Source: the human T2T-CHM13v2.0 reference genome, Homo sapiens. Taken from it: DNA of 64,000 nt. Position numbers and translations under genes: made by a program. Position 1 is the first letter of the stretch. Every line of letters begins with the position of its first letter. Positions 13,841 through 31,861 of the stretch are shown here, in pieces. The stretch lies in assembly GCF_009914755.1 (NCBI RefSeq), contig NC_060947.1, one strand, 5' to 3'. Below the pieces are notes generated by a model. It did not search any database. It had not been told where the DNA came from and was given only the letters and a program-made list of their open reading frames with translations.

Positions 13841-16534
13841 TCAACACCCTACTTTCAGCATTGCACAGATCTTCCACACAGACTCAACAAAGAAACATTA
13901 GATTTAATCTGCACTACAGGCCAAATGGATCTAATGGATATTTACAGAACATTTCATGCAAGACCTACAGAATACACTATCTTTTCCTCAGCACATGGAT
14001 CATTCTCAAGGATAGACCACATGTTAGGTCACAAAACAACTCTTAAAGATTTCCAAAAATAGAAATAATATTAAGCATCTTCTCTGACTGGAATGAAATA
14101 AAACTAGAAATTAATAAGAAGAGGAATTTAGAAAACTAAACACATACATAAAAATTAAACAATATGCTCCTGAATTATTAGTGGGTCTATGAAGAAATTA
14201 ACAAAAAAATTGAAAGAAAGATTTCCTTACACAAATAATAATTCAAGTATAACATACAAAACCTATGTGATACAGAAAAATAGTATTCAGAGTGAAGTTT
14301 ATAGCTATCAGTGACTACATCAAAAGAGGAAAAGCTTTACATGAACAACTTAATGATGCATCTTAAAGCACTAGAAAAGCAAGAGCAAACCAAACCCGAC
14401 ATTAGTAGAAAAAAAAAGAAATAATAAAGATCAGAGCAGAAATAAATGAAATTGAAATAATTAAAACAATACAAAAGATGAATGAAACCAAACCTTGGTT
14501 TTTTGAAAAGTTAACAAAATTGACAAATCTTTAGCCAGCCTAACTATGAAAAAGAGAGAACATCCAAATAAATAAAATCAGAACCAAAAAAGGAGACACT
14601 ATAACTGATATTGTAGATAATCAAAGAATCATTTGTGGCTACTGTGAGCAACTATATACCAATACATTAGAAAATCTAGAAGAAATGGACAAATCCCTAT
14701 ACAGACTGTCAAGATTGAACCATGAAGATATCCAAAACCTGAATAGACCAATAACAAATAACAAAATCAAAGCTGTAATAAAAACTCTCCCAATAAGGAA
14801 AAGCCCAGGACCTAATGGCTTCATTGCGGAATTCTGCAAACATTTACTGAAGAGTTAGTACCAATATTACTCAGATGATTCTAAGAAATAGAGGAGGAGG
14901 AAATACTTACACATTCATTCTATGAGGCTAGTATTATCCTGATATCAAAACTAGGCAAAGACACATTAAAAAACCCTACAGGACAATATCTCTGATGAAT
15001 ATTGATGCAAAAATACTCAACAAATGACTAGCAAACTGAATTCAACAGTATATTAGAAAGATTGTTTATCATGACAAAGTGGGATTTATCTCCATGATGC
15101 AAGGATAGTTCAATATACACAAATCAAGCAATGCAAAATATCATATCAACAGGATGAAGGATTAAAAACCATTTGATCATTCAATTAATGTTGAAAAAGC
15201 ATTTGATAAAATTCAACATCCCTTCATGATAAAAGCCCTCAAAAAACAGAGGATAGAAGAAACACACCTTAACATAATAAAAGCCATCTACAACAGACCT
15301 ACAGCTAGTATCATACTAAATGAGAAAAAACTGAAAGGCTTTTCTCTAAGATCTGAAAAACAATAAGGATGCCCACTGCCACCTCTGTTATTAAACATAG
15401 TGCAAGAAGTCCTAGCTAGAGCAATCAGACAAACGAAAGATATAAAGGGCAACCAAATTTGAAATAAAGAAGTCAAAGTATCCTTGTTTGCAGCTGATAT
15501 AATCTTATACTGCAAAAAGCCTAAAGACTCCACCAGAAAACTATTACAACTGATAAGCAAATTCAGTAAAGTTGCAGCATACAAAATCAACATACAAAAA
15601 TCAGGACCATTTCCATATGTCAACACTGAACAAAGTGAAAAAAATCAAAATAGTAATCCCATTTACAATAGCCACACATAAAATTAAATACCTAGGAATT
15701 AACTTAAAGAAATTAAAAGATCTCTATAATAAAAATTATAAAACAGTAAGGAAATTAACTAAAGAAAACATCAAAAATGGAAAGATATTCCATATTCATG
15801 GATTTGAAGAATCAATATTTTTTAAATGTTTATATTACCCAAAGCAATATACAGATTCAGTGCAATCCCTATCAAAATACCAAAGACATTTTTCACAGAA
15901 ATAGAAAAAAATGTAAAATGTATATGGAACCACAAAGACTCAGAATAGCAAAAGCAACCCTAAGCAAAAAGAACAAAACTGGAGGAATCACGTTACATGA
16001 CTTCAAACTATACTACAGAGCTATAGTAAGCAAAAGAGCACAGCACTGGCATAAAAACAGAAACATAGATCAATTGAACAGAAGAGAGAACCAAGAAACA
16101 AGTTTACACACCTACAGTGAACTCATTTTTTACAGAGGCACCGAGAACATACACAGCAGAAAAGAGAGTCTGTTCAATAATGGTGCTGGGAAAACTGGAT
16201 ATCCATACTCAGAATGAAACTAGAACCCCATCTCTTGCCATATTCAAAAATCAAATCAAAATGAATTAAGGAGTTAAATCTAAGACCTCAAACTATGGAA
16301 CTATTACAAGAAAAGTTGGGGAATATCTCCAGGACATTGGTCTGGGCAAAAAAATTCTTCAGCAACCTCACAAGCACAGGCAACCAAAGAAAACATGGAC
16401 AAATGAGATCACAAGTTTAAAAGCTTCTGCACAGCAAAGAATACAATCACCAAAGTGAAGAGACAACCCATAGAATGAGAGAAAATATTTGCAAACTACC
16501 CATCTGACAAGGGATTCATAACCAGAATATATAA

Positions 16535-18157
<1,623 letters not shown>

Positions 18158-19399
18158 AAATGGGCAAAAGATTTGTATAGATATTTCTTAAAAAGCATAT
18201 GAAAGGCAAACAGGCATATGAAAAGGTGCTCAACATCAGTGATTATCAGAGAAATGCAAATCAAAACTACAATGAAATATCATCTCACCTTAGTTACAAT
18301 GGCTTACATCCAAAAGACAGGCAATAACAAATGCTGGCGAGGATGTGGAGAAAAGATAACCCCTGTACACTGTTGGTGGGAATGTAAATTCACACAACCA
18401 CTAAGGAGAAAAGTTTAGAGGTTCCTCAAAAAGCTAAAAATTGAGCAATTACCATATTATTCAGCAATCCCACTGCTGAGTGTGTACCCAATAGAAAAGA
18501 AATCAATATATCAAAGAGATATCTGTACTCCTATGTTTGTTGCAGCACTGTTTACAATAGTGAAGAATTGGAAGCAACCTAAGTGTCCATCAACAAATGA
18601 ATAAAGAAAGTGTGGTATATATACACAATGGAGTACTAGTCAGCCATGAACAAAAAGGGATCCTGTTATTTGCAGCAACATGGATGGAACTGGAGATCAT
18701 TATGCTATGTGTAAAAAGCCAGGCACAGAAAGACAAACATCACGTCTTCTCACTTATTTGTGGGATCTAAAAATTAAGACAATTGTATTCATGCAGATAG
18801 AGAGTAGAAAGATTGTTAGTAGAGACTGGGAAGAAAAGTGGGGGACTCAGGGAGGATGTGGAGATGGTTAATGGATACAATGAAAATAGTTTAAAAGAAT
18901 GAATACAACCTACTATTTGATAGTGCATTAGGTTGTCTGTAGTCAATAATAACTGAACATTTTAAAATGAAGAGTATATTTGGATTGTTTGTAACTCAAA
19001 AGATAAATGCTTGAAGAGATAGATACCCCATTCTCTATGATGTGCTTATTTCACATTGCATGCCTATATCAAAATATCCATATATCTCCTAAATATATAC
19101 ATTTACTATGTACACACAAAAATTGAAACTAAAACTAAAAATTAAATGTTTGTTAGAATTCAGCAGTGAAACCATTGAGTTCTGGGCTTTTCTTTACTGG
19201 AAGAATTTTTATTACAGTTTTAATCACATTACTTGTTAATGATTTGTTCAGTAGGTTGTATGTGTCTAAGAATTTTTCCATTTTTTTTTGATTTTCCAAT
19301 TTATTGGCATAGTTGCTGTTAGTAGCCACTAATGATCCTTCAAATTTCAGTATCAGTTGTAATGTCTCCTTTTTCATCTCCAGTTTTACTTATTTGGAT

Positions 19400-19452
19400 T
19401 TCTCTTTCTCTCTCTCTCTCTCCATCTCGCTCTCTCTCTCCCTCTCGCTCAC
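19400..19452. repeat. (CT)n-rich microsatellite
   Basis: tctctttctctctctctctctccatctcgctctctctctccctctcgctc. Confidence 0.85.
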
Positions 19453-19892
19453 TTCCTGTTTTAATTAATCTGCCTAAATGTCAATTTTATCTTCTCAAAA
19501 ATCAAGGTTCAGTTTCATTCATCTTTTGTATTTTTTTATCTCAATTTCCTTTATTTCTGTTCTGTTCATTATTATTTCTTTCCTTCTACGAATCTTGAGT
19601 TTGGTTTGCTCTTGCTTTTCTAATTCTTTAAGATGCATCATTTGGTTATTTGGAGTTGTTCTTCGTTTTTTTTAAATTTTATTATTATTATACTTTAAGG
19701 TTTAGGGTACATGTGCACAATGTGCAGGTTAGTTACATATGTATACATGTGCCATGTTGGTGTGCTGCACCCATTAACTCGTCATTTAGCATTAAGTATA
19801 TTTCCTAATGCTATCCCTTCCCGCCTCTCCCCACGACACAACAGTAACTGGAGTGTGATGTTCCCCTTCCTGTGTCCATGTGTTCTCATTGT

Positions 19893-23694
<3,802 letters not shown>

Positions 23695-23757
23695 TATGAT
23701 GTTAGCTGGTTATTTTGCTCATTAGTTGATGCTGTTTCTTCCTAGCCTTGAAGGTCT

Positions 23758-24770
23758 ATACAATTTGGCATGTCTTTGCAGTGGCTGGTACTGGTTGTTC
23801 CTTTCCATGTTTAGTGCTTCCTTCAGGAGCTCTTTTAGGGTAGGCCTGGTGGTGACAAAATCCCTCATCATTTGCTTGTCTGTAAAGTATTTTATTTCTC
23901 CTTCTCTTATGAAGTTTAGTTTGGCTGGATATGAAATTCTGGGTTAAAAATTCTTTTCTTTAAGAATGTTGAATATTGGTCCCCACTCTCTTCTGGCTTG
24001 TAGAGTTTCTGCCGAGAGATCCACTGTTAGTCTGATGGGCTTCCATTTGTGGGTAACCCGACCTTTCTCTCTGGCTGCCCTTAACATTTTTTCCTTTATT
24101 TCAACTTTGGTGAATCTGACAATTATATGTCTTTGAGTTGCTCTTTTCGAGGAGTATCTTTGTGGAGTTCTCTGTATTTCCTGAATCTGAATGTTGGCCT
24201 GCCTTCCTAGATTGGGGAAGTTCTCCTGGAGAATATCCTGCAGAGTGTTTTCCAACGTGGTTCCATTCTCCCCATCACTTTCAGGTACACCAATCAGATG
24301 TAGATTTGATCTTTTCACATAGTCCCATATTTCTTGGAGGCTTTGTTCATTTCTTTTATTCTTTTTTCTCTAAACTTTCCTTCTTGCTTCATTTCATTCA
24401 TTTCATCTTCCGTCACTGATAACCTTTCTTCCAGTTGATTGCAGCAGCTCCTGAGGCTTCTGCATTCTTCACATAGTTCTCGAGCCTTGGCTTTCAGCTC
24501 CATCAGCTCCTTTAAGGACTTCTCTGCATTGGTTATTCTAGTTATCCATTCGTCTAATTTTTTTTCAGTTTTTAACTTCTTTGCCATTGGTTTGAATTTC
24601 TTCCTGTAGCTCGGATATTTTGATCACCTGAAGCCTTCTTCTCTCAACTCGTCAAAGTCATTCTCCATCCAGCTTTGTTCCATTGCTGGTGAGGAACTGT
24701 GTTCCTTTGGAGGAGGAGAGGTGCTCTGATTTTTAGAGTTTCCAGTTTTTCTGCTCTGTTTTTTCCCCAT
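23758..24770 (-). pseudogene. L1 ORF1 of the L1PA3/4, disrupted
   Basis: ATGGGGAAAA start at 24770; fragments 24315-24587 (coiled coil) and 23944-24318 (RRM). Confidence 0.88.
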
Positions 24771-27003
24771 CTTTGTGGTTTTATCTACTTTTGGTCTTTC
24801 ATGATGGTGACGTACAGATGGGTTTTTGTGTGGATATCCTTTCTCTTTGTTAGTTTTCCTTCTAGCAGACAGGACCCTCAGCTGCAGGTCTGTTGGAGTT
24901 TGCTAGAGGTCCACTCCAGACCCTGTTTGCCTGGGTATCCACAGCGGTGGCTGCAGAACAGCAGTAGCTGTAGAACTGCAGATTTTGGTAAACTGCAAAT
25001 GCTGCTGCCTGATTGTTCCTGTGGAAGTTTTGTCTCAGAGGAGTACCCGGCCGTGTGAGGTGTCAGTCTGCCCCTACTTGGGAGTGCCTCCCAGTTAGGG
25101 TGCTCAGGCATCAGGGACCCACTTGAGAAGGCAGTCTGCCCATTCTCAGATCTCCAGCTGCATGCTGGGAGAACCACTACTCTCTTCAAAGCTGTCAGAC
25201 AGGGACATTTAAGTCTGTAGAGGTTATTGCTGTCTTTTTTTTTGTCTGTGCCCTGCCCCCAAAGATGGAGCCTACAGAGGCAGGAAGGCCTCCTTGAGCT
25301 GTGGTGGGCTCACCCAGTTCGAGCTTCCCGGCTGCTTTGTTTACCTAAGCAAGCCTGGGCAATGGCAGGCGCCCATCCCCCAGCCTCGCTACCACCTTGC
25401 AGTTTGATCTCAGACTGTTGTGCTAGCAATCGGTGAGACTCCATGGGGGTAGGACCCTCCGAGCCAGGAGCAGGATATAATCTCCTGGTGTGCCGTTTTT
25501 TAAGCCCGTTGGAAAAGTGCAGTATTAGGGTGGGAGTGACCCGATTTTCCAGGTGCTGTCTGTCACCCCTTTCTTTGACTAGGAAAGGGAACTCCCTGAT
25601 CCCTTGTGCTTCCCAAGTGAGGCAATGCCTCTCCCTGCTTCGGCTCGTGCACGGTGCGCACAGTGCACTGCACCCACTGTCCTGCACCCACTGTCTGGCA
25701 CTCCCTAGTGAGATGAACCCGGTACCTCAGATGGAAATGTAGAAATCACCCATCTTCTGCTTTGCTCACGCTGGGAGCTGTAGACTGGAGCTCTTCCTAT
25801 TCGGCCATCTTTCTTCATTTTTTTATGTAGGCACTTATAGTTATAAATTTCCCTGTTAGTAATGCTTTCACTGTATCCCAAAGGTTTTGCTTTGTTGTAT
25901 TTTCATTATCATTTTTAATACAATTGTCAATTTTTTTTTCAATTTTTTCTTTGACCCACTGGTCATTCAGCAGCATATCATTTAATTTTTATGTATTTTT
26001 ATAGTTTCCAAAATTCCTCTTGTTATTGATTTCTAGTATTATTCCATTGTGGTCAGCAAAGATGCTGTGCCACCTGGAGTTTGGGAAGGCGTGGTGCAAG
26101 CACTCTGTTAGCTGCCCTGGCTTGTGTCTCAGTGTGTCTCGTGCCCCACATGTCCACTGGCTCTGAGCCCCCCTGAGTATTAGGGCTTGCCTAGGAGTTG
26201 CAATTCTTGTGGTTTAGTCTGCCTTTCAGGTTTATTTAGGGACCCATAGGACTTTAGCCTGTGGTGGAGAGGCTTGCTGGAACTCAAATTCCAACCACTG
26301 TGATGAATGATTCCCTTATAGCAAGGGCAGGCCTATATGCTCCCTCTTTTGTGGGTGTTAGCTGAATTCAGTCTGGTTTTGCTTTCTGCTGTCACAGCCA
26401 GCATCGTGTTCAATGGAAATTCTCACAATTTTTTATCTCTCTCTCCCCCAACAACAGAGGTTCTCTCTCCGTGACACACAGCTGCTGCTGTGGGATGTGG
26501 GAGTGGTGGCATCAGCAATTTAAGATTGACTTTCCTACCCTCTTCAGTGCCTGCTTTAATGACATTCGGTTGAAACCAGGTACTGAGTGCTCACCTGATT
26601 TGGGGTTCTTATGAAAGTGCTTTTCTGTATAGACAGTTGTTAAATTTGGTGATCCTTTCAGGGCAGGGTGGGTGGTGTGATGATTTGTGAAGCCTACTAT
26701 TCAGCCATCTTTCTCTTCCTATCAAAAACTCTTAATCTTGAAGAAAAGAGATAATAGGTGTGAGAAATGTAGAATATAATGCTAGGTTGTCCAAAGATAA
26801 CACATACCATAATATGTTTTTCCACACTTATTTTCAAGGATTAGTTCACTTAATTTGCACAGAGTTTATATAGCTCACTAGAAGTCACAGTGGAGACAAT
26901 GACTTCCTCACTGCTCAGAAACCACTTTCCTTGTTTGACAAGATGCTACATTTCCAACAAGGCTTGGAACTTCAAGTCATGGATCCATGTCCTACATATA
27001 GAA

Positions 27004-29520
27004 CATTTCTCAAAGGTTTTGGTCCCAGGAACATTTCTCAAATGTCTGGTCTCCTTTTATACTCTTAAGAATTATTAAAGACCTTAAATAGCTTTTATTA
27101 AATATATGGGTTATATTTATCAATATTTACTGTATTGAAAATTACATTTGAGAAAATATATGTTTACTTTAAAATAGTAAACATATTACAAAACATAAAT
27201 ATGATGTTTTTTATGAAGAATAATATTTTATAAAGAATTAGTGAGAAAAGAGGCACTGTCTTATGATTTGCAAATCTCTTTAATGTCTGACTTAATAGAA
27301 GATAGCTGGATTCTCATATCTGCTTCTTCATTCAATTTTCTGTGATATGCTGTTTTAGTTGAAGAAAATTTGGCCTTAAATTGATATATAGTTGAGAAGA
27401 GAGGAATATTTTAATAGCTTTTTCCAATTACTGTGGATTTTTTTTTGACTCTACAACAAGCTTGACAAGTGTAGTTTCTTAGTTTGCAATGTGGAATCTG
27501 ACAGTATATCAGTGAATTTTTCAGACTTTGTTGCATTAAAATCTACTGGTCTATCTTGCACTTTGAATGGATCTGCTACCCAAACATGATTTTGTAACAT
27601 CATGCGTTGGTTATATGAAAAATACTGGTTTACTGATTTATGCAGGTCTTCCAAATGTTGACATATTCTTATAAAATATCTAAACTATTATATTTATTAA
27701 TATCACCACTGATCTCTTAAGAAAAGTCATAAGTATTGGAAAGCTGTCAGGCTCACAGTAGTGGACATAAGTTTTGCAAAATTCTAATTTATTTTCTGAG
27801 AGTTCAAATTTTACCATTGGCCACAAATACTGTCTATTGTTTTGCTTGAAGTGACATGCTCACTTTATTAATTTTTGAGAAAATGTGTCAGATATTTGAA
27901 TCTGAATGGTCATAATTCTGTCAATCCTCCATTCAAGTAAAAATGGTGTTTAATGACAAAAGTGACTAGTTCAGTTCTCAACTCAAGCAACTGCAGAAGT
28001 ACCTTTCCATGAGAAAACCATTATACTTCAGTGCGTAGTGGAAGTGCTTTATGTATACTTCCCATTTCACACCACAGAATACTTTTACTGTTTTGTCAAA
28101 GATGTTTCTAAATAAAATTATCAAAAAATTTTTATAGTAAGTTCATGATGGTAAAGAATACAGTAACAAGTAGTACAGTTTGGCCCTTGTCAACATAGCT
28201 GTTCCAGGATAAACCATGAGATTCAAAAAAGTTATTCAACACTTTGCATATTTCAGCAACACTTGTGCTTGTTTCTAAGCATTGACAGCAACTTCAGCAA
28301 CATTTATAGATTTTTACGTTTGAAAGGCAAAAATGTAATTCTGCAGATGATGTCATTCTTCATATTTGTAGCTAAATAGATGAGTTATTGTATCATTGGA
28401 AGATGGCAGTGCCATAATTCTTTTTATTGACTTTTTATTCAATAGGCATTCATTCAGCAGTGTCAACTGTACAAGGCTTAATTAGTCTCTTAGTTACTGT
28501 GTGTATTCCTCCAGCCAGTTTATGACAATTTACCCATAAGTTGCTTTGGTGGCTTTATTTCTAGTTTGCAAAAGTGTAACAAACAATTTTTGGTTTTAAA
28601 CAGCTTTTCCCATCTATGTTTAAAATATTTAATTTCTTTTTCTATAAATGCAGAATAATTAACCTCAAAATGACGCAATTTAACTGGCATCAACAATACT
28701 ATCTGAATGTGTTCAGTTCCATAAGACACAATAGGGTAAATTATTAACATCTACACAGCTGAAAGAATAATGTATCATATTTTAATTTACAGCATTGTAC
28801 AGTTTCTTTGGAGTACATTCTTCCCTTCCTTGAGTCAAAGAACTTTATTAGGATATGTCAGTTTCAAGAAGAAAATGATTTTCAGCATGTTTAGAGATGG
28901 ATGGTGTAGTTGTGGTTTGGGACAGTGATTCTTCTAGTTTCCATTTTGGAAGCCAATAATGCATATCAAAATATGAGGAAAAACTTTTATAAATAAAATT
29001 TTGTTAGTATAAAATATTATTAAATTCTAAAATATTTTAGAAAAAATATAAACCAATTTTTGAAAACTAAAAATATTACTGCAACACAAGACAAAGTACT
29101 TGCTTCTTGTGTCTCCACATAAGCATGAGGGAAACTATAGAATTTTAAATAGTGATTTAGTGGATAATAAGGAGATTAAAAGATTATGACAGGTATAAGC
29201 ATAGATAGCTAGTAAGAAAACAGTGGAAGTACTGAGTACAAATGGAGAGGTGTGTGTGCGTGTGTGTGCGTGTGCCCATGTTAATACCCTAAACCTACTA
29301 TCTTGGAAAATGTTTGAAAACAGAAGAATGCACATGCTAACTTTCAGAACAATGATGTCGTCATATATCATGTAGCCTCTGGAAAATGTCATTGTATACT
29401 TGTGAGAGAATGAGAGTGAAAAATCCAAACAACATTTTGGCATTATTATGAAAACCATATGGAACTCACAGGCTCTGAAAGGGTCTTAGGAGCCCCCAGA
29501 CCATACTCTGACAACCTCTG
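27004..29520 (-). mobile_element. Near-complete Charlie1 hAT DNA transposon with decayed transposase
   Basis: Both Charlie1-type termini present; right flank atctagac (29521-29528) matches the NTCTAGAN target and left flank atatagaa is a degenerate copy; transposase remnants 27451-27654 (DPFKVQDRP.DFN) and 28520-28750 (KLRHFE). Confidence 0.85.
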
Positions 29521-29770
29521 ATCTAGACTCTGTACTTCCCAGTATGACATGGAGTCACTCACTTTATCAATTTCTACATGTTTTTGCATTAGCAAAAATG
29601 AAGGAGAATTAGACTGTGTCACCTGAAATTGCTTAGAAATCTCAGGAAGGTGAATAATTAACACCATAATTTTCATCCACCTCCCTATATTTATTTACTA
29701 TTATTTCCCATTAGAGCTTGCTTCTGAATCAGTTGAAATTTGGTGATGTAACATTTTCAGCTTCCAGTTA

Positions 29771-30075
<305 letters not shown>

Positions 30076-30450
30076 AAAAGTGATTTACCACTGAGAGCAC
30101 AGAAAAACTAGCCTGTATATTTTCTCCCCCAAAGCAACACAGAGTCCTCAATCCTTCCCTCCTTTTTACCTGCCAAGTTAGTTTCTAGAAGAGAAAAAAA
30201 TAATCCACAGGAAAATGTTCCTAAGTGCCATGAACAATTAATATTTCTATTGCTAATGGCAGTACATTGTAACTAACAAAAGCAATATCTGGTGTAAAAA
30301 TATTAGCAAAGTAAGTCTTTAAAAAGTCAAAGAATGTCCCTTCTGTCATGTGGGAAACCTAGAATTAAAATATTCCTACACACAAACATCCACAGAACTG
30401 GCTTACTAGGATGTCTTTTGTCATAAACTGTTTTGGAGGCGGTCATTTTC

Positions 30451-30878
30451 TGTTTTTGCCTGTTTGTGTTATTATAAAAAAAACCGGAGCCTGGGTAATG
30501 TATAAAGAAAAGAGATTTATTTGCCTTACAATTCTATAGGCTGTACACAGAGCATGGTACCAGATCTGCTTCTGGTGAGAGCTTCAGGATGTTTCCACTC
30601 ATGGTTGAAGGCAAAGGGAAACTGGAGTGTGCAAAGATCACATGGTGAGACAGGAAGCAAGAGAGAGAGAGAGAGGGAGGTGCCAGGCTCTTTTCAACAA
30701 CCAGTTCTCATGGAACTAAGAGTGAGAACTCACTCCTGCGAGAATGACATCAAGCAATTCATGGTGGATCAGCCTCCACAACTCAAACACTTCCTAGTAG
30801 GCCACATCTCCATAACTGGGGATCAAATTTCATCATGAGAATTGATGGGGCCAAACAAACCGTATCCAAAGCATAGCA
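30451..30878 (-). mobile_element. MST (MSTB-like) MaLR solo LTR
   Basis: CTGGGTAATGTATAAAGAAAAGAG...GGCTGTACA...GGTGCCAGGCTCTTTT...ATCCAAAGCATAGCA, matching an MST LTR read in antisense. Confidence 0.85.
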
Positions 30879-31026
30879 TTTGTAAAATAAACAAACAAAA
30901 AAAGTTCTTTCTGATAACTGATAATGCACTTCTATGACCACCCTGAGGATAAGTTTGCCTTCAGAAGAATTATATTTCCTCTCCCAGGAATGGATCAGTC
31001 CTCACATTAAAAAACACAACAAACTT

Positions 31027-31342
<316 letters not shown>

Positions 31343-31687
31343 AAAAAACACAAAAACCTTGGTAAGCTTTAACTGACTTTACCACATATCCTCTAGTTTA
31401 AATTTCTAACATTGACTAAATTCAAGAAGTCAATTCATAAAAGTCTTTGTTGTAGTAAAATTACCTAAAATACCTAAGTGAGATGAATGTCAGTCCAAAT
31501 CTCTAGAAACAGATTCTACCACTTTTTTGAAAACATCACTCTGGAGATTATTAGTTTATATGAATGAAAACTCCCATGATATATGATAAAGAAGTCTCAA
31601 AATGTAATTAATGGAAAAACTCTTTAGGTAAGAAACTAATTTTGAGTACTGATTTTATTTCCTACTCTTTTCTTATCATTAAATTAT

Positions 31688-31790
31688 TATTTTTTTTTTA
31701 GAGATGGGCTCTCGCTATGTTGCCCAGGTTGGTCTTGAACTCCTGGGCTCAAGTGATTGTCCTGCCTCAGCACCCCTACTTGCTGGGATT
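31688..31790 (-). mobile_element. FLAM-like Alu monomer fragment
   Basis: TTTTAGAGATGGG..TCGCTATGTTGCCCAGG..GAACTCCTGGGCTCAAGTGAT. Confidence 0.8.
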
Positions 31791-31861
31791 TTTTCTTATT
31801 GTTAATAGAACTCATTTTAATGCTTTCTCATTTACCATTTACCAGTTTTTTAATTTCAAAA

